Positions 25,531-31,884 of a DNA stretch of 38,058 nucleotides are shown here, piece by piece (the first letter of the stretch is position 1; every line of letters starts with the position of its first letter). The notes under the pieces are model-generated. The model made no database searches, was not told the DNA's origin, and saw only the letters and a program-made list of their open reading frames with translations. Made by a program: the position numbers and the translations under genes. Source of the stretch: a virus. Location of the stretch: IMG/VR virus record IMGVR_UViG_3300014202_000313, positions 1-38,058 of that record; one strand, 5' to 3'.

Positions 25531-25759
25531 AACAATAATTAGATTGGTTGAGTTAAAGTCGGCATTAAATCCTATCTTATTACAAGAAGTGTTGGCTGTT
25601 AAGAAAGGCATTGCGGAACTGATTAATGATTTATCGAAAGAGTTTATAGAACCTGAATCTCATGAAGAATGCTGTGAGCATGAATGCCCGGCATACGAGG
25701 GCGAAACACATCTTTATGCCAGAAATGTTTGTGTAGGCTGCGGACATAGTCATGAGTGA
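25517..25759 (+). CDS. Hypothetical early protein (80 aa, Cys/His-rich C-terminus)
   Basis: HEECCEHECPAYEGETHLYARNVCVGCGHSHE. The gene overlaps its neighbours. Confidence 0.55.
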   Translation: MTKFETIIRLVELKSALNPILLQEVLAVKKGIAELINDLSKEFIEPESHEECCEHECPAYEGETHLYARNVCVGCGHSHE

Positions 25760-25955
25760 AGCCATCGATAAAACAGCTAAAAAGCTTATGGAAATCATGG
25801 AAGGATGCAGGGCATTAGCCGATACATTAGCATCTGAAGACCGATCAAAGCAGATGAATGCAATTGCTCTTGTGGAACTTATGCATCACTTTACGTTCGA
25901 AATTGCTCCAGTGAAAGCTGAGTCAATGGTTAATAAAAAGGAGTATCCTTACTAG
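25752..25955 (+). CDS. Hypothetical early protein (67 aa)
   Basis: Overlaps the upstream gene and has no recognisable motif. Confidence 0.5.
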   Translation: MSEAIDKTAKKLMEIMEGCRALADTLASEDRSKQMNAIALVELMHHFTFEIAPVKAESMVNKKEYPY

Positions 25956-26060
25956 CAATATGTATTATTTTTATATAATATGACGGCAGGTTGATACATC
26001 ACTATCTTCCTGCCGCCGTGCATTAGCACTTCGGCAATATAACCTACATAAGAGGTCATA

Positions 26061-26468
26061 ATGTCCAGAAGAATACCACATAAAACTTATAATTGTGCTC
26101 CTTTATTCACGAAAATAGATATCAAAAAAGCAACAGCTAAAAGGATTCATCATCTTCAGTCTAGTTTTGAAAGATTCACAGAGAGCATGCTATCTAAATC
26201 CCCCGACAATCCCGAGAGACAGCAAGCAATTTATCGAATGCAAGAAGCGTGTGTATGGTTTTGTCGCTCTATAGCAGCTAAAGATTTTAAGCTAGACATG
26301 ATCGATGAAGAAAAAATAGAAATAAGAGAACCAACGCCTCAGGAAATCCAAGAAAAGGAAGAAGACAGATTGGCAAGCTTGCTAGCAAACTCAATGGACT
26401 CCAAAGAAAATACTACAAAAATTTTTGTAAAAAAAAGTAAATTTACATTGAACAAGAAGAATAAATGA
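26061..26468 (+). CDS. Hypothetical early protein (135 aa)
   Basis: AGAGG RBS; followed by a hairpin terminator. Confidence 0.6.
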   Translation: MSRRIPHKTYNCAPLFTKIDIKKATAKRIHHLQSSFERFTESMLSKSPDNPERQQAIYRMQEACVWFCRSIAAKDFKLDMIDEEKIEIREPTPQEIQEKEEDRLASLLANSMDSKENTTKIFVKKSKFTLNKKNK

Positions 26469-26487
26469 TTTACATAGAAAATAAATA

Positions 26488-26505
26488 ACGCCTCAAAAGA
26501 GGCGT
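26488..26505 (+). terminator. Hairpin acgcctc-aaaa-gaggcgt followed by attta
   Basis: A 7-bp stem with a 4-nt loop, read directly. The T-tract is weak. Confidence 0.5.
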
Positions 26506-26518
26506 ATTTAAATCGGTT

Positions 26519-26573
26519 GAGCATCCATAACAAACCGCCTTTGATCGGGTTCGGATATGTTATACAGATGCTC
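26519..26573 (+). promoter_or_regulatory. Interrupted 13-bp stem (gagcatc.ataaca / tgttat...gatgctc) ending 5 nt before the initiator gene start
   Basis: Read directly: 26519-26525 pairs with 26567-26573, and 26527-26532 pairs with 26558-26563. Confidence 0.35.
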
Positions 26574-26578
26574 ATTTA

Positions 26579-27529
26579 ATGTCAAGGAAAAAGGACAAAA
26601 AAATGAGTGTAGAAGCAACAATTTGGGCATGGTCATTAACAAAACAACAAGTATCTTCTCTAGAAAAATTGATCTTACTTTCATTAGCTGATAGAGCTAA
26701 TGAAAAAATGGAATGCTTCCCTTCCGCCGCAAGACTCGAAAAAGACTGCAATACCAACATAAAAACAATTTACAAATCCCTTGAAAACCTATGCAAAAAA
26801 AACATCATCCAAAAAACGGGACAAATGAAAGGAAGAACCAAAAGCGTTCCTGTTTACAGATTATTAAATATACGGGTCAGAGAAGATTTAAGCACACCCA
26901 AAAATGGGTTATCTAAAAATAAAGCACACCCAAAAATGGGTACGCTAAGCTTACCCAAAAACGGGTTACAGAACCTATCATTAGAACCTAACAAAACTAC
27001 TACTACAGAACATGATTCTGAATGCCCTGAAAAAGACATGCCAAAATCCGTAGTAGTAGTAAATAATTATTCATCTTCCCCTTCAGATACTCAGGATGAG
27101 GCGGATAAATTTTTAGTGGCTTCTTCTCAAGCTGTTACTAAGAAATTATCTGAGGCTTTTAGGCTCAATCCTGTTGAAACAAAAAATATAAAATCCGAAT
27201 ATGATTTTCTTCGTGCTTGCCAATACTCAATTGACCACAGAAATGACGGCAATATCCGTGAACTAAGAACGGCTGAAGAAAGAGTTAGAGGAATTATTAA
27301 GCTTGTTAATTCCGGGATGTTTGATGAACCAAAGGGTTGGTCAAAAGAAAGTATATGCCATAAAAAAGAAATTGAGGAACGCGCACGGAAGCAAGCAGAA
27401 ATTTCTCTGAAGAAATGGCAGGAAGAAGAAGCGCAACGAATTAAGATTTTAAAAAATAATCCGATTAAGCAAAACCCTCTGAGTAATCTTCTGCAGGGAA
27501 TTATGGGGAAATCCATAAAGCCATCATGA
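26579..27529 (+). CDS. Replication initiator-like protein (HTH_36 N-terminus) containing the putative origin
   Basis: VSSLEKLILLSLADRANEKMECFPSAARLEKDCNTNIKTIYKSLENLCKKNII is HTH_36-like. The alternative start is the ATG at 26603 behind AAGGAAAAAGGA. It carries intragenic iterons and an inverted repeat. Confidence 0.7.
   Translation: MSRKKDKKMSVEATIWAWSLTKQQVSSLEKLILLSLADRANEKMECFPSAARLEKDCNTNIKTIYKSLENLCKKNIIQKTGQMKGRTKSVPVYRLLNIRVREDLSTPKNGLSKNKAHPKMGTLSLPKNGLQNLSLEPNKTTTTEHDSECPEKDMPKSVVVVNNYSSSPSDTQDEADKFLVASSQAVTKKLSEAFRLNPVETKNIKSEYDFLRACQYSIDHRNDGNIRELRTAEERVRGIIKLVNSGMFDEPKGWSKESICHKKEIEERARKQAEISLKKWQEEEAQRIKILKNNPIKQNPLSNLLQGIMGKSIKPS
26891..26966. repeat. Three iterons with core ACCCAAAAA(T/C)GGGT (26896-26909, 26928-26941, 26953-26966). 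The first two are identical over 19 nt.
   Basis: agcacacccaaaaatgggt occurs at 26891 and 26923, and ttacccaaaaacgggtta occurs at 26951. Confidence 0.7.
26996..27060. repeat. 11-bp inverted repeat actactactac / gtagtagtagt separated by 43 bp, next to the iterons and followed by an AT-rich stretch
   Basis: Read directly: 26996-27006 and 27050-27060. Confidence 0.6.
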
Positions 27530-27765
27530 AATCGAACTCCTTCCAAGAATTCGCAAAACATAAAGGCATCCACTTGCTAAAAGATGATATTGAATTCATC
27601 AAGCAATGTTTGAATAAAATCCCGTATAACGCACGCAGAAGCATTTTGGAGCGATATTCGTTTGAGTGGTTGAAAGGTATAGGGTCAAGTGATATCGTCT
27701 ATCAGCGTCAAAATTTAGGGCGTCGTAGGGCTAATAACTTCTTAAGGGAGAAAGTGAAATGCTAG
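27526..27765 (+). CDS. Hypothetical protein (79 aa) downstream of the initiator
   Basis: The start overlaps the initiator stop (ATGA). No motif was recognised. Confidence 0.6.
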   Translation: MKSNSFQEFAKHKGIHLLKDDIEFIKQCLNKIPYNARRSILERYSFEWLKGIGSSDIVYQRQNLGRRRANNFLREKVKC

Positions 27766-27962
27766 GAGTGGTAAAGTTTTTTGATAATAGACGCGGGTTT
27801 GGGTTTATAACTGCGGATGGACAAGATTACTTTGTACACTATTCAGAAATAAAAGGACCTGGATTCAAAACATTAGGAGAAGCGGTAAAAGTTGATTTTA
27901 AGGCCATAAGTGGCCCTAAAGGATTTCAAGCCACCGAGGTATCAGTTGTTAGAGATAATTGA
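27759..27962 (+). CDS. Cold-shock domain protein (CspA family)
   Basis: GVVKFFDNRRGFGFITADGQDYFVHYSEI carries the RNP1/RNP2-like motifs (KGFGFI, VFVH). Confidence 0.85.
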   Translation: MLGVVKFFDNRRGFGFITADGQDYFVHYSEIKGPGFKTLGEAVKVDFKAISGPKGFQATEVSVVRDN

Positions 27963-28145
27963 AATTTGGTATGTTTAAATCGTTTTTAGAGGGATAAGAG
28001 TTGAAGACTCACGGGGAAGATGTAGCCAATCATCAAAAGAGCATCCAAATGACCAGGAAACCTGGATGACGCTCCCTCTAATTTAGCTTATCTTCCATGA
28101 TGAAGATGTAGTAACGGAAACGTTAAGGCGTTTCTAGGTAGATTT

Positions 28146-28217
28146 CATCCAGTAGCTCAATTGATAGAGCGCCCCATGTTAGGCGGTAGGTTGTAGGCTA
28201 TAATGTTACCTGGCTGA
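28146..28217 (+). pseudogene. Degenerate tRNA-Asn-like cloverleaf (tRNA-like element or pseudo-tRNA)
   Basis: The acceptor catccag/ctggctg has 6 of 7 pairs and the D arm gctc-aattgata-gagc is perfect. The anticodon arm gcccc-atGTTag-gcggt has one C-C mismatch. The T arm gtagg-ctataat-gttac lacks the TTC loop. A T-run follows. Confidence 0.4.
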
Positions 28218-28220
28218 CTT

Positions 28221-28457
28221 TTATTTTTCAGTGACGGTTGTGAATAATTGATTGAGTTGACGAATAACAATATGCCAATCTGGATCACAAAATTTGTATA
28301 TTTTTTTGTTATGGCATATTGTTATGATTGGTTCTTTACTACTACAGTTTTGGTAAACTTCGAAAGAGCATACACATCCTAAACACTGAAATAAAACCAG
28401 TTTCTGTTTTACTTCTTCAATCTGCTGATGAGTTGGGCCTGTAATATCGAATCGCAC
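28221..28457 (-). CDS. Hypothetical Cys-rich protein (78 aa; GTG start uncertain)
   Basis: Last ORF of the early-left operon. It has no in-frame ATG near the 5' end. The protein contains QCLGCVC...C...C...C. Confidence 0.45.
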   Translation of the reverse strand: MRFDITGPTHQQIEEVKQKLVLFQCLGCVCSFEVYQNCSSKEPIITICHNKKIYKFCDPDWHIVIRQLNQLFTTVTEK

Positions 28458-28635
28458 GAGAAATGTTTTCGCAGTTTTGTTTCAATAATTCTAACTGCTC
28501 AGTACTAATATTGCACGTTGATTCGAAATCATTAACCTTGAATGTAAGAATATGCCAGTTTTCTTCTAATGGGTGTATTCTTATTTCAAATGTGTTTCTT
28601 ATTAGGTCTAGGATGTCAATCATTTTATTTTCCAT
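28417..28635 (-). CDS. Hypothetical early protein (72 aa)
   Basis: Overlaps its neighbours in an operon arrangement. Confidence 0.55.
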   Translation of the reverse strand: MENKMIDILDLIRNTFEIRIHPLEENWHILTFKVNDFESTCNISTEQLELLKQNCENISRAIRYYRPNSSAD

Positions 28636-28954
28636 TTAGTTTGTTGTCGCATATATATTTCCCAACTTCACATACTATTTCCCGGCATAAGTAAGTTATG
28701 CTTGCGGGATGGGATTTATAAAATGTTATGGTTGGGTGGTAGGGATCGTCGTAGTAATTAAACACTATAGGGTGTTTTTCAATTTCTGGAAAAGAGTCTT
28801 TTTTTGAAATCAAGAAAGATAATATTACGTCTTCATAAGGCTTATATTCCTCATTAAGGCATACCTCAAATGTTATGTCATTCCCCTCAGTAATTTGGCT
28901 TTCCTGTTTAGCAAAATCTTCTTTTGACATCTCACCTAGTTCAAAAATTATCAT
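28625..28954 (-). CDS. Hypothetical acidic early protein (109 aa)
   Basis: An operon member with a Glu/Asp-rich N-terminal half. Confidence 0.6.
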   Translation of the reverse strand: MIIFELGEMSKEDFAKQESQITEGNDITFEVCLNEEYKPYEDVILSFLISKKDSFPEIEKHPIVFNYYDDPYHPTITFYKSHPASITYLCREIVCEVGKYICDNKLNGK

Positions 28955-29007
28955 TACTCAATGACCATTTTCAATATCTTCAAGCTCTTCTTTCGTGAAG
29001 TCATTCA

Positions 29008-29244
29008 TCATACCCATCCTTTAAATGCATTACATTTCGAACAACTTAAAACATAATCCACATCGCTATTTGATGTAGTTCCATCTTGATGTTCACAATA
29101 GTTATCAATCATGGATTTTGAAACATCAATAGCTCTTCGATGCATGTCACGCAAAAATGGATTTTCAAATGGGTCATTTGCCCTTAATGAATCCCTGACT
29201 AACCGGTTAATTAATATTAGTTCTTCTTTCGTGAAGTCATTCAT
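29008..29244 (-). CDS. Hypothetical early protein (78 aa; C-terminal CxxC...CxxC)
   Basis: MNDFTKEEL...; the protein also contains CEHQDG...CSKCNAFKGW. Confidence 0.6.
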   Translation of the reverse strand: MNDFTKEELILINRLVRDSLRANDPFENPFLRDMHRRAIDVSKSMIDNYCEHQDGTTSNSDVDYVLSCSKCNAFKGWV

Positions 29245-29458
29245 GATTCAAATCTTCCTGAATTTTCTCGTCTTCTCGAATAACCATCCTGGCAAATGAC
29301 ACCAATGAATCCCATGCAAAACGATGAGACAATTCTTCGAAAACCACTTCATCATTCTCATCTATCACGCATGTTCTGATTTGACCATCTTCTCTATCGG
29401 CTACAATGTAATGGCCTTCGCCCATAATGTCGTACAAAGTTAGTTCTTTCATTAGCAT
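29237..29458 (-). CDS. Strongly acidic first gene of the early-left operon (73 aa)
   Basis: I count 19 Asp+Glu against 7 Lys+Arg. AAGGAG RBS. It lies directly downstream of the TTGCGC-17-TATAAT promoter. Confidence 0.65.
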   Translation of the reverse strand: MLMKELTLYDIMGEGHYIVADREDGQIRTCVIDENDEVVFEELSHRFAWDSLVSFARMVIREDEKIQEDLNHE

Positions 29459-29479
29459 CTCCTTGGTTCAATAAAACGA

Positions 29480-29508
29480 ATTATACTCATGTTATTTCAC
29501 TAGCGCAA
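29480..29508 (-). promoter_or_regulatory. Early-left promoter TTGCGC-17-TATAAT
   Basis: On the minus strand: ttgcgc tagtgaaataacatgag tataat (-35 = 29503-29508, -10 = 29480-29485). Confidence 0.65.
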
Positions 29509-29545
29509 TAATTTTAATGTAATATTTTATGGTAGGATAGGTTAA

Positions 29546-29573
29546 TTGACATGCACTATAGTTTGTGTATGAT
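29546..29573 (+). promoter_or_regulatory. Rightward promoter TTGACA-16-TATGAT upstream of the terminase block
   Basis: ttgaca tgcactatagtttgtg tatgat, read directly. Confidence 0.55.
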
Positions 29574-29708
29574 ATTATTAGTTTTTTAAATTATATAAAC
29601 AGCTTTATACACAGATTTGGTTGATAAATATGGAAGAAAAAGTGTTTCATCTACTAGAGTGCCAAGAAATAATTGCTGAGATACAATTGTTCATTGACGA
29701 GGTGAAGC

Positions 29709-29876
29709 GTGCCTATCAGATGTGAATTTTGTGGTGGTAAAAAGCAAGTTATGGGAATGGGTGGAATGATGAAAAGTTGTAAGGAGTGCGAAGGCACTGG
29801 ATGGAAGAAGGAAATTGCTGAAATGGATAAGCGTAGTAAAGAATATCGTGAACTTAAGAAAAACAAAGAGGGTTGA
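29709..29876 (+). CDS. DnaJ-type zinc-finger microprotein (55 aa, GTG start); not in the ORF track
   Basis: GAGG lies 6 nt before the GTG. The protein is VPIRCEFCGGKKQVMGMGGMMKSCKECEGTGWKKE..., with two CxxCxGxG-like motifs. A minus-strand ORF in the track covers the same DNA but is antisense to the operon. Confidence 0.5.
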   Translation: MPIRCEFCGGKKQVMGMGGMMKSCKECEGTGWKKEIAEMDKRSKEYRELKKNKEG

Positions 29877-29878
29877 TT

Positions 29879-30343
29879 ATGCCCGCCGGAAGACCTACTA
29901 CTTACACTCCTGAATTAGCTAAATTTGTATGTGATACGATTGCTTCTCATCCTAATGGTTTAAGAAAATTAACTGCTATGTATGAGGAATTCCCTCATCA
30001 ATCTACTATTTATGCTTGGCTAGCATCTCACGAAGAATTCTCGAAGCAATATTTGGACGCAAGACGCAAGCAAGCCACTGTTTTAGCGGATTCTATGCTA
30101 GAAATTACAGATGATTTGCCGGTTTATGAAGACAAGGAAGGTAATGAAAGAATAGATGCAGGGATGTTAGGCAAAGCGAAACTTGAATTTGAGGTAAAAA
30201 AATGGCATGCATCAAAGATGGAGCCAAAGATATTTGGTGACAAGCAACAAGTGGAGCAAGTCACTACCGAAAATGACCAGCTCAAGCAAGAGCTTGCTGA
30301 CTTGCGTGCTAAGTTAGCTGATAAATCTAAGGCGGAATATTGA
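29879..30343 (+). CDS. terS: Terminase small subunit
   Basis: The N-terminus is MPAGRPTTYTPELAKFVCDTIA (a GRPT.YTPE HTH-type terS) and the C-terminus is coiled. It lies directly upstream of terL. AGAGGG RBS. Confidence 0.75.
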   Translation: MPAGRPTTYTPELAKFVCDTIASHPNGLRKLTAMYEEFPHQSTIYAWLASHEEFSKQYLDARRKQATVLADSMLEITDDLPVYEDKEGNERIDAGMLGKAKLEFEVKKWHASKMEPKIFGDKQQVEQVTTENDQLKQELADLRAKLADKSKAEY

Positions 30344-31884
30344 TTGATGTTGAGAAAGAAACATTAGCGGCAGAGCTTAAAGGAAGTCTTCTCTACTTCA
30401 CTCGTTTTTTTTATCAGCATTTGACTTCAAGAGACTTTATTGTTTCCTCTCCTCCAGGGAGGGAATCCCATCACATTACCGTATGCAAAGCTTTTACTAG
30501 ACTATTCCGGGAGCAGCAGCAGGCTTATGGTTTAATTATAAATCTTCCTCCTGGCTATGGTAAATCCGTGATGACCTCGATGTGGGTTGCTTGGTGTTAT
30601 GCACACTATCCTGATTGCAATTTCCTTTACATATCCTATTCGCATGAGCTTGCGGCGGCTCATACTTCATTTATCAAGCAAATAATGACTTCTAAGATGT
30701 ATCGATATTTATTCGATGTTGAGATTAGTAGTGATACAAGGGCAAAAGACCATTTTATGACAACAGCGGGTGGTTCGGTTGCGGCATTTGGCAGTTCGGG
30801 TGCGGTTACTGGACGTAATGCTGGAAGCCCGGGATTAGATCGATTCTCTGGTTGCGTGGTTATTGATGATGCGCATAAACCTAATGAGGTTCATTCTGAT
30901 TCTGTGCGCGAGTCGGTAATTAGAAATTACAATGAAACCATTATGCAGCGGCCTCGGGACGTGAATGTTCCTATAGTATTTATTGGTCAACGTCTTCATG
31001 AACAGGATTTGGCGGCCTACTTGATGAGCGGCAAAGATGTCCGAACGTGGGATAGAGTTATTCTAAAAGGTATCGATGATGCCGGGAATGCCTTGTATCC
31101 TGAGGTTCAATCGCTATCTTATCTTCGAGAATTACAGGATAAACAGCCTTTTGTATTTTATTCTCAAATACAGCAAGAACCCATTCCTAGCGGTGGCTCT
31201 GTATTTAAGCCGGACTGGTTCGTTACATTGGATTTTGAGCCAAAGATAGTGAAGACATTCATTACCGCCGATACAGCTGAGACTGATAAATCTTACAACG
31301 ATGCGACTGTATTTAGTTTTTGGGGACTTTACGAAATAGAAGTCTTTGAAAGAAAGACGGGAATTTGGGGGCTTCATTGGATTGATTGTGTTGAAATGCG
31401 GGTAGATCCAAAAGATTTAAAAGATGCCTTCTTAGACTTTTGGGCTGACTGCGCTCGTCATAAGCTTCCCCCCTTAATTGCGGCAATCGAGAAGAAATCA
31501 ACAGGAGTAACCCTTGTATCAGTTTTAAAGAATGAGGTTCGGGGCTTACAGATAAGAGACATAGAAAGGACGAAAGCTTCTGGTAGCAAAACACAACGAT
31601 TCTTAGAAATTCAACCTTATATTGCAGAGAAGAGAATTTCATTTACAAAAGGGGCTAGACACATTGATACTTGCGTCAATCACATGTCTAAGATTACAGC
31701 GAATGACGCCCATCGTCACGACGATATCGCGGACACATGTGCTGATGCTATAAAGATTGCACTTATTGATAAATTGTTACAAACTAATACGGATACACAA
31801 CCCAAGATTTCACGATCTCTGTTAAACCATGAACAGGGTCTGCTTGATGCTCAAAGGGACGCATATTATGGCAATGGTTTTTGA
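30340..31884 (+). CDS. terL: Terminase large subunit
   Basis: The Walker A-like motif is LPPGYGKS and the Walker B-like motif is VVIDDAHK. The C-terminal nuclease-like part includes FITADTAETDK. The TTG start overlaps the terS stop. Confidence 0.8.
   Translation: MIDVEKETLAAELKGSLLYFTRFFYQHLTSRDFIVSSPPGRESHHITVCKAFTRLFREQQQAYGLIINLPPGYGKSVMTSMWVAWCYAHYPDCNFLYISYSHELAAAHTSFIKQIMTSKMYRYLFDVEISSDTRAKDHFMTTAGGSVAAFGSSGAVTGRNAGSPGLDRFSGCVVIDDAHKPNEVHSDSVRESVIRNYNETIMQRPRDVNVPIVFIGQRLHEQDLAAYLMSGKDVRTWDRVILKGIDDAGNALYPEVQSLSYLRELQDKQPFVFYSQIQQEPIPSGGSVFKPDWFVTLDFEPKIVKTFITADTAETDKSYNDATVFSFWGLYEIEVFERKTGIWGLHWIDCVEMRVDPKDLKDAFLDFWADCARHKLPPLIAAIEKKSTGVTLVSVLKNEVRGLQIRDIERTKASGSKTQRFLEIQPYIAEKRISFTKGARHIDTCVNHMSKITANDAHRHDDIADTCADAIKIALIDKLLQTNTDTQPKISRSLLNHEQGLLDAQRDAYYGNGF

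Noticed and set aside
28090-28125. A hammerhead-like ribozyme (TGATGA ... GAAA)
   Set aside because: The conserved C of the CUGAUGA core is an A here (AUGAUGA), and the stems required around the core cannot be drawn.
28146-28217. The tRNA-like segment as an attP core for integration into a host tRNA gene
   Set aside because: I found no integrase or recombinase gene in the complete genome. The similarity covers the whole cloverleaf and not just a 3' tRNA segment.
29654-29866. The minus-strand 70-aa ORF from the track
   Set aside because: It is antisense to the rightward late transcript, has no RBS and has a hydrophobic low-complexity translation. The plus strand offers an RBS-preceded zinc-finger ORF in the same DNA.
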